From NCBI GenBank assembly GCA_020847275.1, contig JADLCI010000007.1:108272-172271 (forward strand): a DNA stretch of 64,000 nt, read 5' to 3'. The notes under the pieces are model-generated. The model had not been told where the DNA came from. It saw only the letters and a list, made by a program, of their open reading frames with translations, and did no database searches. How positions within the stretch are numbered: the first letter of the stretch is position 1; each line of letters begins with the position of its first letter. Below are positions 1 to 10,138 of the stretch, in pieces. The stretch is from Candidatus Nomurabacteria bacterium. GTDB taxonomy: Bacteria > Patescibacteriota > Minisyncoccia > Phycocordibacterales > JACOZG01. Both the position numbers and the translations under genes were made by a program.

Positions 1-1688
1 CCTTTACCATTACCGACAGCACCACAGGTACCTGTAATTATACTGTTCAGAGTGGTGATACTTCCTCCGATCTGGACGCCTCGATCTCTGGAACAATTGC
101 CGATCAGTCTGCTAATGCGATGAGTAATTTCACCCCAGCGACGACTCTCGCGACCAATAAAGCACTTGTTATTGACACCACCGCACCGACGATTTCCACG
201 TTCTCGCCGGCCGATGATGCGACCGGAGTTTCTCCTACTGCTAACCTGGTTCTCACTTTCGATAGCGTCGTCAACTCAAATTCTGGCAATGTGACGATTA
301 AAAAATCTTCTGACGACACCACGGTAGAAACAATTGACATCACTGGTGGTCAAGTGTCAGGCAGTGGGAGTGACACGATCACCATCAATCCTTCAGTCAC
401 CCTCGCGAGTCTTACGGGGTACTATGTTCAAGTTGATAGTACGGCCCTCAGAGATGTGGCGACCAATAGTTACGCCGGGGTCAGCAACGCTACAACTTGG
501 AACTTCACTACTAGTGACTTAGACGCGCCAACAATTACAAGTGTCTCTTCTGATAAGGCAAATGGTTCTTACACCACTGGAGAAGTTATCGATATCGATG
601 TTACTTTTTCCGAAGCGGTAACATCAACCGGGGATGTGACCGTTACTCTAGAAACAGGCACCTCCGATCGTACTTGTACATTTTCTGTATCTAATTCATC
701 CTCTGGTACGTGTAACTACACAGTTCAGGCCGGTGACGCGAGTTCTGATCTAAACGTGAATACAATTTCTGGCACAATCGCTGATCAATCCAGTAACGCC
801 ATGACTGACTTTAACCCGGCTACCAATCTCGCGACCAATAAAGCACTTGTTATTGACACCACCGCACCGACGGCCTCTTCTCTTTTTCCGAGCGATAATG
901 CAACCAATGTTTCGGCCACAGTTAATCTGGTGGTGACCTTCGATGGTGTGGTGATTGTTAATAGTGGTAATGTATACATCAAGAAAACAAGTGACGACAC
1001 CACGGTAGAAACAATTGACATCACTGGTGGTCAAGTGTCAGGCAGTGGGAGTGACACGATCACCATCAATCCTTCAGTCACCCTCGCGAGTCTTACTGAA
1101 TATTATGTACAGATTGATTCCGGTATCGTACGAGACGTGGCCACCAACAGCTATACCGGAATCGCCGACACGACTAGTTGGAGTTTTACCACCAGTGATT
1201 CGGAGGTTGTAGCTGAAGAGGAAACTCTTCCGGCCTTTAATTCTACCGGAGGAGGTGGCGGAGGTGTTTCCGTGAATCAAAACGCCCTTGTCCCCAATAC
1301 TCCCAATGTTGCGCCACCAGCGCTAAATCTACCACCGGGTATAATTTCTCTTTTTACGCCCACTCAGCTGCAAGTAATTCTCATTTTTCTGCAGCAGCGA
1401 CTTCTCCTCCCGCCGATCGCGCCTATCGTTCCAGTTCCATCACGTGTTTTCACTAGACCGCTTGGTTACGGGGATAGGGGAGATGATGTAACAGCTTTAC
1501 AGAAATTTCTCACTGCACATCGTCCCGTAATTTATCCATCAGGTATTGTCTCAGGCTACTTTGGTCATCTGACAGAACTAGGCGTGATGCAATTACAGGA
1601 GCACAATGACATTGCTCATTTTGGTGAACCCGGTTACGGGTTTGTCGGTCCGTCGACTCGTGCCTTTTTGAATTCTCGTTCACTCTAA
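1..1688 (+). CDS. Surface protein, 5'-truncated by the window edge; tandem Ig-like ~227-aa repeats and a C-terminal peptidoglycan-binding domain
   Basis: The reading frame is open from position 3 upstream of the first ATG at 120. Repeated ATNKALVIDTTAPT...TITINPSVTLASLT units. A GGGGGG linker, then a C-terminal PG_binding_1-like motif (GDRGDDVTALQKFL...GYFGHLTELGVMQLQ). Confidence 0.6.
   Translation, partial: FTITDSTTGTCNYTVQSGDTSSDLDASISGTIADQSANAMSNFTPATTLATNKALVIDTTAPTISTFSPADDATGVSPTANLVLTFDSVVNSNSGNVTIKKSSDDTTVETIDITGGQVSGSGSDTITINPSVTLASLTGYYVQVDSTALRDVATNSYAGVSNATTWNFTTSDLDAPTITSVSSDKANGSYTTGEVIDIDVTFSEAVTSTGDVTVTLETGTSDRTCTFSVSNSSSGTCNYTVQAGDASSDLNVNTISGTIADQSSNAMTDFNPATNLATNKALVIDTTAPTASSLFPSDNATNVSATVNLVVTFDGVVIVNSGNVYIKKTSDDTTVETIDITGGQVSGSGSDTITINPSVTLASLTEYYVQIDSGIVRDVATNSYTGIADTTSWSFTTSDSEVVAEEETLPAFNSTGGGGGGVSVNQNALVPNTPNVAPPALNLPPGIISLFTPTQLQVILIFLQQRLLLPPIAPIVPVPSRVFTRPLGYGDRGDDVTALQKFLTAHRPVIYPSGIVSGYFGHLTELGVMQLQEHNDIAHFGEPGYGFVGPSTRAFLNSRSL
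107..1200 (+). repeat. Tandem direct repeat, period 681 nt, inside the surface-protein gene; 311-415 and 992-1096 are identical over 105 nt, and 146-194 is nearly identical to 827-875
   Basis: Direct comparison of the sequence at 151 vs 832 and at 311 vs 992. The antisense and alternative-frame ORFs in the track (104-343, 785-1024, 334-522, 1015-1212) are mirror artefacts of this repeat. Confidence 0.85.
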
Positions 1689-1705
1689 GATGGCGTTGTT
1701 TGGTT

Positions 1706-2395
1706 TTAACCATGTGCCACCGCTATTGCAAAGACTCTTCTTGCGCCAGTGGTGAGTAAAACTTTTCTTGCTTCAGAAATTGTTGCGCCAGTGGTAATGA
1801 CATCGTCAATCAAGATAACATTTCTATTTTTCACCTGATTCCTTCCAGATTCAGAAATAGCAAAAGCGTTGCGGGGATTATTTAAACGGGTATTACGATC
1901 TCTTGTTTTCATCTGGCTTGGTGTCTCACGGGTTTTTATTAAGATATTTTCCTGCAATTGCAGATTGGCAGGATCGAGACCGGCAAAATATTTTGCCAAC
2001 ACTTGCGCCTGATTGAAACCGCGTTCATTTTTTCGTTTTTCTGTCATTGGGACGGGGATTACGATGTAAGATTCTGGTTTGGGTATTTGTGGCGGTTGCC
2101 AGGCAGACAAACTCTCCGAGTAGTATTTGTATAGTGATTGGGCTAGATCATACGCCACCGCGCGAGCCCCACGATATTTAAGTTGCCAGATTGCTTGTTT
2201 AATTCGGACATCTTGATAATTAAATACCGCTTGGGTGTCCACGATTTCCAGTGGTTCGGCTTTGGGGATAAGCGCACGGCAGTTCGGGCAGAGGTAATAG
2301 TTTCTGGATCGACAGGATAAACAGCGGGCGGGTAGGACATAGTTGATAATTGTGGATAAGTGTGGCCACCAAGAGTAAGTCATTGCTTCTTTCAT
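1706..2395 (-). CDS. comF: ComF/ComFC-family competence protein with a phosphoribosyltransferase domain; start taken at the internal MKEAM
   Basis: N-terminal double Zn-ribbon CLSCRSRNYYLCPNC. C-terminal PRTase motif ILIDDVITTGATI. The longer ORF to 2632 would overlap pilM, so the internal ATG at 2395 is preferred. Confidence 0.6.
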   Translation of the reverse strand: MKEAMTYSWWPHLSTIINYVLPARCLSCRSRNYYLCPNCRALIPKAEPLEIVDTQAVFNYQDVRIKQAIWQLKYRGARAVAYDLAQSLYKYYSESLSAWQPPQIPKPESYIVIPVPMTEKRKNERGFNQAQVLAKYFAGLDPANLQLQENILIKTRETPSQMKTRDRNTRLNNPRNAFAISESGRNQVKNRNVILIDDVITTGATISEARKVLLTTGARRVFAIAVAHG

Positions 2396-2434
2396 GATAT
2401 AATAATTCAGTGGGCTGATGAAGCCTCCGTGTAA

Positions 2435-3547
2435 ATGGCTAATCCGTTTGAGAAATTTCTGAATTTCACCAAGTTTGCTCTTTGGCAGAAGAAAAGCGTT
2501 CAGGTTCTTGGCATCGATGTCGGCGCGTCTTCGATTAAGGTTGTGCAATTGCGCAAGGAACATGGTCGAGCGGTGCTCGAGACTTATGGTGAAATTGCTA
2601 CTGGGCCCTACCGTCAGCTTGCGGTGGGGCAAGCGGTTGTGCTTACACCAGATAAACTGGCGGAGGCGGTTAAGGACCTTTTTCGTGAAGCAAATGTGAC
2701 CACGGCTTCGGCTTCTTTTGCCATACCGCTTGGCTCCAGTTTGCTGGTGATTATCGAGATCCCGCGCGTGAGTAGCAATGTTCTAGACAAAGTGGTGCCG
2801 ATTGAGGCGCGCAAGTATATTCCAGTCCCGATTGGTGAGGTGGCGATTGATTGGTGGCCGATTCCACTTCAAGATATGAACCCCGAAGGTAAGAATCCTG
2901 ACAAGCTAGAGATTCTTGTGGCGGCGATTCATAAGGGTGTAATCAGTCAATACCAAGATTTAGCCACAAGGATTTCAGTTGTGCCGTCGTTCTTTGAGAT
3001 TGAAACCTTCAGTTCAATTCGCTCCGTCTTTTCTGGCGACATGACACCGACAGCGATTCTGGACATCGGTGCCGGCAGTACCAAGATGGCCATTCTGGAT
3101 TATGGCATTGTTCACGTGTCGCACACGATTCATAAGGGCTCACAAGACATCACCGTTGCTCTCTCCCGAGAATTGAATGTAGACTTTGCCAAGGCCGAGG
3201 AGGTGAAGAGGACGGTGGGGCTGTCGGAACGCTTAGTTGGTGGGGGAGTATCGTCGACCATCAATAATTTAATGGAATATATTTTTGCTGAGGCTAATCG
3301 TGTTATTCTGGATTACCAGGTTAAACAGAAAAAGACGATTGGTCGGATTATCCTGATTGGCGGTGGTTCGTTGCTACAAGGATTAATTGATGTTGCGACA
3401 AAGAATTTTGAAATTCCAGTAGTGATCGGCAAGCCTTTTAATAAGGTGGAGTCCCCGCCATTTTTAGAGCCAGTACTTAATGAAGCGGGACCTGGATTTG
3501 CGGTGGCGATTGGATTGGCGCTCCGTCACTTACAGAACTTGGATTAA
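2435..3547 (+). CDS. pilM: Type IV pilus assembly ATPase-like protein PilM
   Basis: N-terminal LGIDVGASSIKVVQL actin-like fold. Position at the head of a pilMNO-pilB-pilT-pilC array. Confidence 0.7.
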   Translation: MANPFEKFLNFTKFALWQKKSVQVLGIDVGASSIKVVQLRKEHGRAVLETYGEIATGPYRQLAVGQAVVLTPDKLAEAVKDLFREANVTTASASFAIPLGSSLLVIIEIPRVSSNVLDKVVPIEARKYIPVPIGEVAIDWWPIPLQDMNPEGKNPDKLEILVAAIHKGVISQYQDLATRISVVPSFFEIETFSSIRSVFSGDMTPTAILDIGAGSTKMAILDYGIVHVSHTIHKGSQDITVALSRELNVDFAKAEEVKRTVGLSERLVGGGVSSTINNLMEYIFAEANRVILDYQVKQKKTIGRIILIGGGSLLQGLIDVATKNFEIPVVIGKPFNKVESPPFLEPVLNEAGPGFAVAIGLALRHLQNLD

Positions 3548-3572
3548 TGTGATTTAATAAATAGAGTTCATC

Positions 3573-4235
3573 ATGGATCGAGAAACACAAACATCATTTA
3601 TTCCGAAGGCGGCTCTCAGTCGCAATATGGAGTTAGCGCCCCGGAGTGTCAGTTTCTTTACGGTCATCTCTATGTTCACCCTTTTTCTCTCAATCGCTTT
3701 CTGGGGGGGGACATTTGGCTACCGTCAGATATTGCAGAATCAGATTGAGGCACCGTGTTCTGAACGTTCCACAGTCACGGGCAATGAACAGAGTTGTGGA
3801 TTAAGAGAGAGTATTAACCGCGAACGCCAGAATCTAGATCAGGCCACAACGGTTTTTCTCAAGCGTCTGAGCGACAAACTTTTGATTGGTAACGATTTGG
3901 TGCGTACCCACCAAACAGTCCTACCATTGCTCACTATGCTTGAGGAGCTAACTTTGCCATCAATTTATTACACCCGTTTTGCTTATAATGGTAAGACGAT
4001 TACGATTGAGGGTCGCGCCTCGGGTTACGAAGATATTGCGGTCCAGACTCAAGTTCTTAGCCGTGACCGCGGAAGGATTAAGAGCTTTATCTTCTCCGAT
4101 CTAGATTTAGATAGTTTTGGGAATGTAATTTTCAGATTAATTTTGAATGTGGAGCCGGAAGTTATTTCTTATACCCACGCACTTGGCGATACCACTATTA
4201 ATAATTCTTCGGTCACTAATAATCCCTTGCCATGA
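3573..4235 (+). CDS. pilN: PilN-like pilus assembly protein with a single N-terminal TM helix
   Basis: One TM segment (FFTVISMFTLFLSIAFWG) followed by a coiled region. Synteny after pilM. ATGA overlap with the next gene. Confidence 0.5.
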   Translation: MDRETQTSFIPKAALSRNMELAPRSVSFFTVISMFTLFLSIAFWGGTFGYRQILQNQIEAPCSERSTVTGNEQSCGLRESINRERQNLDQATTVFLKRLSDKLLIGNDLVRTHQTVLPLLTMLEELTLPSIYYTRFAYNGKTITIEGRASGYEDIAVQTQVLSRDRGRIKSFIFSDLDLDSFGNVIFRLILNVEPEVISYTHALGDTTINNSSVTNNPLP

Positions 4236-4774
4236 AAAATTTTCTCCTTCCCCTTATCGTTTTGATTGCCGCCGTCGCCATTTTCTTCAGCCTCTCACGA
4301 CCTCTGCTCGCGGACATCGCCGTTTTGCGTCTAGAGAAAGCCAAACTAGAAACCGGTTTGGATAATGCGCGTAAATTACAAGAAGTTCGTGACGAACTTA
4401 TCAAGATTTCTCGCGAATTTCCCAAAGAAGACTTAGATCGTCTAAACAAAATGTTGCCTGACAACGTAGATAATGTCCGATTGATTATCGATATCAATAA
4501 TCTGGCGCGTGGCTCGGGGATGTCTATTCGTAATATTAAGATCAAGTCTGATCAGGGGGGCACTGATCCGCAGGTGATTGCTGACAGTGGACAGAAAAAA
4601 GGCGCTGTTACCCTTGCTTTCTCGGTCGCCGGCCCCTATGCAAACTTTGAAGATTTTCTGCAGCGGTTGGCGCGGAGCTTGCGTCTGGTCGATGTAACTG
4701 ACGTTTCCTTCAGCTCGAATGAGAAAAATTTCTACGAGTATAGCGTGGAGTTACAAACTTACTGGCTGAAATAA
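4232..4774 (+). CDS. pilO: PilO-like pilus assembly protein
   Basis: N-terminal TM helix then a coiled-coil. Synteny after pilN. Confidence 0.5.
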   Translation: MKNFLLPLIVLIAAVAIFFSLSRPLLADIAVLRLEKAKLETGLDNARKLQEVRDELIKISREFPKEDLDRLNKMLPDNVDNVRLIIDINNLARGSGMSIRNIKIKSDQGGTDPQVIADSGQKKGAVTLAFSVAGPYANFEDFLQRLARSLRLVDVTDVSFSSNEKNFYEYSVELQTYWLK

Positions 4775-4788
4775 ATCAACATAAAAAT

Positions 4789-5169
4789 ATGTCTGGAAAT
4801 AAAATTATAACTAATCTCGGACTCCTTCTTCTCGCCGCGGTTCTGATTTACTTGGGGTATGGTTGGCTGGGTGGTTCTGATTCGTCATCGGACGCAGGAC
4901 TGACAGCAGACGGGTTCAGTCAAGGGATTGATGGTGAAGATCCGTCCGACGAGTTTCTGGCAACACTTATTGGCCTACAGGAGCTCAATCTTAAGGGTGA
5001 TGTTTTCAAAAGCCCTGTTTTCAAGGACCTAGAAGATCACAGTACCGTTTTGGTTGATCAGGCGCCCGGACGCCCTAACCCCTTTTCGCCGGTTAATTTT
5101 GAAGCGGTTCGCTCTGTGGGTTCGCGTAGCGCCACCAGTTCTACTTCGACAAGCACCAGCTCGCGTTAA
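4789..5169 (+). CDS. Hypothetical membrane-anchored protein in the pilus cluster (PilP-like position)
   Basis: N-terminal TM helix and a Ser/Thr-rich low-complexity tail. Assignment is by position only. Confidence 0.35.
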   Translation: MSGNKIITNLGLLLLAAVLIYLGYGWLGGSDSSSDAGLTADGFSQGIDGEDPSDEFLATLIGLQELNLKGDVFKSPVFKDLEDHSTVLVDQAPGRPNPFSPVNFEAVRSVGSRSATSSTSTSTSSR

Positions 5170-5174
5170 AAACT

Positions 5175-6740
5175 ATGGATTCAACGATTACCGTTCCCGT
5201 CGCAACAATTGAAGAGGGGAGTCGGATTCCCTTAGAGGTTTTAGAATATGTTCCGAAGAGCTCGGCGACGTATTATCAATTTGTGCCCCTAAGGGTAAGT
5301 GACGGTGTTCTGGAGGTGGGGATGATGGACAGCAATAATCTCGAGGCGCGCGATGCGATCCAGTTCATTGCCTCTAAGATTGGTCTTCCCTTTAAAATTT
5401 TTTCAATTGGTAAGGATGACTTCGAGCGGGCATTGAAGGGGTACGAGGGTCTTACCAGTCAAGTGACAAAGGCGCTGGGTGACCTTGATTCGGAGATCAA
5501 AAACGAGGAAAAAAAACAGAAGACAGAGTCCGGTTCCGATAAAAAAGAAGTGAAGATTGTGGAGGATGCACCAGTAACCAAGATTGTGGCTGTGATTCTT
5601 CAACACGCTTCGTCTGGGAATGCTTCCGATATTCATATTGAGCCCACACCAGAAAATGTCCGGGTAAGGTTTCGGGTAGATGGTTCACTTCACTCTAGCC
5701 TTTTCCTGCCCAGTTCGGTGCTCGATGCGGTTGTGGCGCGTATCAAGATTCTGACCAACATGAGATTAGATGAGCGACGCAAGCCGCAAGACGGCCGTTT
5801 CTCTGCTCGGGTAGAGGGGAGAAAGATTGATTTCCGTGTTTCTACAATGCCAACTTATTACGGTGAGAAGGTGGTAATTCGTATTCTGGATTCAGAACGA
5901 CAGCTGCTCACCTTTAGTCAATTGGGTCTAACCCCAATCAATCTGAACACTTTCGAGCGCGCTCTTAAACGACCCTACGGAATGATTCTGGTTACGGGAC
6001 CGACTGGTTCTGGAAAAACTTCCACGCTTTATTCTATGTTGCAAGTGATTGATCGGGAGAGCAATAACGTGGTGAGCCTGGAAGATCCGATCGAATATAG
6101 CGTTCCGGATGTCAGTCAGTCCCAAGTCAGACCAGAGATAAATTATACTTTTGCTAACGGCTTGCGCAGTATCTTGCGTCAGGATCCGGATATCATAATG
6201 GTCGGAGAAATTCGTGATTCAGAAACAGCTAAACTCGCAATTCAGGCGGCGCTAACTGGTCATCTTGTGCTTTCCACTCTCCACACCAATAATGCAGCCG
6301 GAGTCATCCCTCGTCTTGTCGATATGGGCATTGATCCCTATCTTATCGCCGCGACCCTTATTCTCGCCGTGGCGCAGAGACTAGTTCCTACCCTTTGCGC
6401 TGAATCTAAGCAAGAGGTTCCGCTTGATGGTGGTCTTCGGGCGGTAGTTGATAAATATCTAGAAGAGGTACCAGAGGAAGTCAAAAAGACAATTGAGATT
6501 CCGAAAAGCATCTTTCGTCCTCAACCATCACCAACTTGTTCTGCTGGGGTTCGTGGTCGGATGGCCGTTTTTGAAGTACTTGAAATGGATCACGAGTTTG
6601 AGCAACTAATGCTCTCCACGCCCACCGAAGAAGCTATTTCCTCACTGGCAAGAAAGAAAGGTTTCCTCACGATGCGGGAAGATGCCCTACTCAAGGCGTT
6701 TAAGGGTCTGATTTCCTTTGAAGAAGTGAGCAAGTTGTAA
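5175..6740 (+). CDS. pilB: Type IV pilus assembly ATPase PilB (GspE family)
   Basis: GSPII_E N-terminal domain. Walker A GPTGSGKTST. Asp/His box. C-terminal Cys cluster (CSAGVRG). Confidence 0.8.
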   Translation: MDSTITVPVATIEEGSRIPLEVLEYVPKSSATYYQFVPLRVSDGVLEVGMMDSNNLEARDAIQFIASKIGLPFKIFSIGKDDFERALKGYEGLTSQVTKALGDLDSEIKNEEKKQKTESGSDKKEVKIVEDAPVTKIVAVILQHASSGNASDIHIEPTPENVRVRFRVDGSLHSSLFLPSSVLDAVVARIKILTNMRLDERRKPQDGRFSARVEGRKIDFRVSTMPTYYGEKVVIRILDSERQLLTFSQLGLTPINLNTFERALKRPYGMILVTGPTGSGKTSTLYSMLQVIDRESNNVVSLEDPIEYSVPDVSQSQVRPEINYTFANGLRSILRQDPDIIMVGEIRDSETAKLAIQAALTGHLVLSTLHTNNAAGVIPRLVDMGIDPYLIAATLILAVAQRLVPTLCAESKQEVPLDGGLRAVVDKYLEEVPEEVKKTIEIPKSIFRPQPSPTCSAGVRGRMAVFEVLEMDHEFEQLMLSTPTEEAISSLARKKGFLTMREDALLKAFKGLISFEEVSKL

Positions 6741-6766
6741 TATAATAATGGAGACGGAATAAATCT

Positions 6767-7159
6767 ATGAATATCTTAATCATTGATGACGACAAGTTCT
6801 TACTGGACATGTACTCGCTCAAGTTCAATGAGCTTGGTTTCCAGGTTTCCACCGCCACTGACGGCGAGGAAGCACTGGAAAAGGTCACAAATGGTCTCAA
6901 CCCGGATATCTTTTTGATCGATATTCTAATGCCGAAGCTGGACGGCTTTCAGTTTATTGCCAAACTGAAAGAAAAAAACTTACCTCCAGAAACTATTTTG
7001 ATAATTCTCTCCAATATGGGTCAACAGGCAGACATTGATCAGGGTTTGGCGCTTGGCGTAGACGGCTATATTGTGAAGGCGACGGCCACCCCCTCGGAGG
7101 TGGTGAGCAAAACGGTCGATATTGCCAATAGTAAGCACGCTAAGAATAAAAAAGTATGA
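6767..7159 (+). CDS. Stand-alone CheY-like response-regulator receiver domain (PilH/PilG-like)
   Basis: IIDDD...D...K receiver signature (MNILIIDDDKFLLD, DIFLIDILMP). Lies between pilB and pilT. Confidence 0.65.
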   Translation: MNILIIDDDKFLLDMYSLKFNELGFQVSTATDGEEALEKVTNGLNPDIFLIDILMPKLDGFQFIAKLKEKNLPPETILIILSNMGQQADIDQGLALGVDGYIVKATATPSEVVSKTVDIANSKHAKNKKV

Positions 7160-8220
7160 CCGATTACAAGCGAGATTTAGAGGAACTGGTTGTCACGGTT
7201 GTGAAAGAGGGGGCTTCGGATCTCCACCTCACCGTCGGTCGACATCCAACCATCCGCGTGTCTGGTGATTTGATTCCACTAGTTAATCGCCCGGTGTTAA
7301 AGCCAGAAGACACCATTGGCTTAATAACCGAGGTACTTTCACCGGAGAATAAGGAAGAGTTTTGGAAGAATAAAGAGATTGATTTTGCTTATTCTGCTTC
7401 TGCCAACGCGCGTTTCCGTGGGAATGGCTTCTTCCAACGCGGCTTTGTGGGTGCCGCCTTTCGCCTAATTCCGAATAAAATTTTGAGTCTCAAGGAGCTT
7501 AATTTACCCGAGCGTCTCGAGGAGTTTGCTCGACGGGAGCAGGGGTTCTTTCTCGCCGTTGGGCCTGTTGGTCAGGGTAAGTCCACCACGCTCGCTTCGC
7601 TTATTCAGATGATCAATCAGGAGAGAGCCGAGCATATTGTCACGATTGAAGATCCGGTTGAGTACCTCTTCCAGAATGACAAGTCCATTATTGATCAGCG
7701 CGAGGTTCGCTTTGATACTATGAGTTTTTCCAGAGCAATGCGCGGGATGTTTCGTGAAGATGTGAATGTGCTGATGTTGGGTGAGATGAGGAGTCCGGAG
7801 ACAATCGCCGCCGCCGTGACGGCCGCGGAGACCGGTCACTTGGTGCTGTCTACTCTCCATACCAACTCTGCTTCACAGACGATTGATCGCATTATCGATT
7901 CTTTCCCCGCGAACCAACAGAACCAGATTCGGATTCAATTGGCCGGTTCATTGGCGGGAATATTTTCCCAACGCTTATTGCCCCGTATTTCTGGTGGGCA
8001 GGTACCAGCCTACGAACTTCTAATCAACAATAATGCTATTGCCAACCTTATTCGTGAAGGGCGAACAGCTGAAATTGATGTGGTAATTGAAACTGGTTCC
8101 GAGAACGGGATGATCAATCTGAATCAGTCTCTATCGGATCTGATTCGTCGGGGCGAAATTACCCAAGAAACAGCTTATCGTTATTCTCTCAATCCCAAAG
8201 GTTTGGGGCGAATGATTTAG
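7156..8220 (+). CDS. pilT: Twitching-motility / pilus retraction ATPase PilT
   Basis: Walker A GPVGQGKSTT. PilT-family motifs (LVLSTLHTNSA). Size ~350 aa. Confidence 0.8.
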   Translation: MTDYKRDLEELVVTVVKEGASDLHLTVGRHPTIRVSGDLIPLVNRPVLKPEDTIGLITEVLSPENKEEFWKNKEIDFAYSASANARFRGNGFFQRGFVGAAFRLIPNKILSLKELNLPERLEEFARREQGFFLAVGPVGQGKSTTLASLIQMINQERAEHIVTIEDPVEYLFQNDKSIIDQREVRFDTMSFSRAMRGMFREDVNVLMLGEMRSPETIAAAVTAAETGHLVLSTLHTNSASQTIDRIIDSFPANQQNQIRIQLAGSLAGIFSQRLLPRISGGQVPAYELLINNNAIANLIREGRTAEIDVVIETGSENGMINLNQSLSDLIRRGEITQETAYRYSLNPKGLGRMI

Positions 8221-8227
8221 AAATCTC

Positions 8228-9439
8228 ATGCTATTTAATTATAAAGCGGTAACTAAGGAAAATCAGGCACAAGAGGGAAGCATTGACGCTCCGGGTTTGG
8301 AGTTGGCGATCTCCTCACTTCAACGTCGGGGTCTGATTATTCTAGATATCAAGGCGGCCGATGAAAGGGGGCGCGGTTTTCTCTCGCGTTACTTTATCTT
8401 TTCTCGTAAACCCAAGATGAAGGATGTTGTCCTGCTTTCGCGTCAGATTGCCACAATGTTTGAGGCGAAGGTCTCGGCCCTGGCCACCTTCCGCTTATTG
8501 GCGTCTGAAGTCGAAAGTCCGGTGCTGAAACGCGCCCTCACCGAGATTGCCGATGAGATCAATAGTGGTGTTCTTATCTCCACTGCGATGACCAAGCAGG
8601 AAGAAGTCTTCTCACCTTTCTATGTGAGTATGGTGAAGTCGGGTGAAGAATCCGGTAAATTATCGGAGGCGTTTAATTACTTGGCGGCCTATCTTGAGCG
8701 TTCTCACGGTCTGGTGAGCAAGGCCAAGAATGCGCTCATTTATCCAGCCTTCATCATCCTCTCCTTCATTGTGGTGATGATTTTGATGCTTGTTTTCGTG
8801 ATTCCCAAACTTTCAGCTATCCTGAAGGAAACCGGACAGGCTATCCCAATCTATACTCGGGCGGTAATTGGTTTGAGTCAATTTTTCGTAGATTATGGCT
8901 TCTTCCTCTTGGCGGGACTTGTGGTCTTGTCCGTCTTCGTCGGCCGTTGGCTCCGGACAGACTCTGGTCGCCGTTCGCTCTCTTCCTTCAAGCTTTCCAT
9001 CCCGTATGTGGGCAATCTCTATCAGAAACTCTATCTCTCAAGAATTTCCGATAACTTAAGCACAATGCTTACCTCCGGCATCTCGATGGTCCGCGCCCTG
9101 GAGATTACCTCTGAGGTTGTGGATAACGATGTCTATAAGGAAATTATGTTGAAATCAGCCGAATCGGTGAAGAATGGTAATCAGGTTTCTGCCGTAATGT
9201 CTAAGTATCACGAGGTTCCCTCAATTCTGGTTCAGATGTTTCGGGTTGGTGAAGAAACCGGTAAACTGGGCTCGATTCTAGAGACGATTGCCCGTTTCTA
9301 CCAACGCGAGGTCTACGATGCCGTAGATACTCTGGTTGATCTGATTGAGCCGGCAATGATTGTGCTTCTTGGTGCGGGAGTGGGAATCTTGCTTACCTCT
9401 GTTCTGGTGCCAATTTATAACCTGGCTAGCGGTATTTAG
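8228..9439 (+). CDS. pilC: Type IV pilus platform protein PilC (GspF family)
   Basis: Two GspF-like repeats. Three TM segments. About 400 aa. Confidence 0.75.
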   Translation: MLFNYKAVTKENQAQEGSIDAPGLELAISSLQRRGLIILDIKAADERGRGFLSRYFIFSRKPKMKDVVLLSRQIATMFEAKVSALATFRLLASEVESPVLKRALTEIADEINSGVLISTAMTKQEEVFSPFYVSMVKSGEESGKLSEAFNYLAAYLERSHGLVSKAKNALIYPAFIILSFIVVMILMLVFVIPKLSAILKETGQAIPIYTRAVIGLSQFFVDYGFFLLAGLVVLSVFVGRWLRTDSGRRSLSSFKLSIPYVGNLYQKLYLSRISDNLSTMLTSGISMVRALEITSEVVDNDVYKEIMLKSAESVKNGNQVSAVMSKYHEVPSILVQMFRVGEETGKLGSILETIARFYQREVYDAVDTLVDLIEPAMIVLLGAGVGILLTSVLVPIYNLASGI

Positions 9440-9458
9440 TTGTCCACAGAGGCGTCTT

Positions 9459-9546
9459 TTGCCCTTATTCTCCATTGCCGTATAATTAAGCCCGTGATGG
9501 TCAAGCAATTTCTCGACGTTGACCGTTCGCCCGGTTTTGTTATTAT
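9459..9546 (+). promoter_or_regulatory. Two tandem sigma70-like promoter candidates upstream of the first pilin gene
   Basis: TTGCCC-16nt-TATAAT (9459-9486) and TTGACC-16nt-TATTAT (9519-9546). Confidence 0.35.
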
Positions 9547-9582
9547 TAGAAAAGTCGAAAGATTATTAAAAGTTAATCATAT

Positions 9583-10044
9583 ATGATGAAATTGAATCTT
9601 AAGAAAGGTTTTACCCTGATTGAGCTCTTGGTGGTTATCGCCATCATCGGTATTCTGTCAGGTATTGTGTTGAGTTCGCTCAATACGGCGAGAGGTAAGG
9701 GTCGGGATGCCGCTGTTCAGGCACAAATGGCAAACATGAGAAGTCAGGCAGAGTTGTTTTACTCAAATAACAACAACTATGGCACGGCTGTTGCTCTGGG
9801 TGCTTGTGTAAGTGCCGCTGGAACATTGATTGATTCTGCCAATACGTCCAGCTTGCACGCTCTGGTTCTTACTGGGGCTATTGCCGGGCAGAGTCCACAG
9901 TGTGTTGTTAATACAACAAACGCTGCCTGGGCGGTGTCTGCGCTTAAGCCCACCAATGCAGCGGAAAGTTTCTGTGTAAGTAATACTCAAGCAGTCAGCT
10001 CTGGGGGTAACCACATCGCCCAAGCTGCTGGGACTTGCTCCTAA
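9583..10044 (+). CDS. Type IV pilin, candidate major pilin
   Basis: Class III signal MMKLNLKKG|FTLIELLVVIAIIG with E at +5. C-terminal Cys pair. A strong terminator follows directly. Confidence 0.8.
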   Translation: MMKLNLKKGFTLIELLVVIAIIGILSGIVLSSLNTARGKGRDAAVQAQMANMRSQAELFYSNNNNYGTAVALGACVSAAGTLIDSANTSSLHALVLTGAIAGQSPQCVVNTTNAAWAVSALKPTNAAESFCVSNTQAVSSGGNHIAQAAGTCS

Positions 10045-10068
10045 TTCGTATTCTTTCTGTTTTTCAAA

Positions 10069-10096
10069 CAAAACCCCTTATGGGGTTTTGTTTTTG
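10069..10096 (+). terminator. Rho-independent terminator after the first pilin gene
   Basis: caaaacccc-ttat-ggggttttg hairpin followed by TTTTT. Confidence 0.75.
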
Positions 10097-10138
10097 TCCA
10101 CACTTGTTGTTGAATGATTTTAATCAGGATGTTAGAAT

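Noticed and set aside
104-1212. Track ORFs 104-343(-), 334-522(+), 785-1024(-), 1015-1212(+) inside the first gene
   Set aside because: They come in identical pairs exactly 681 nt apart. They are antisense and alternate-frame echoes of the tandem repeat inside the surface-protein gene.
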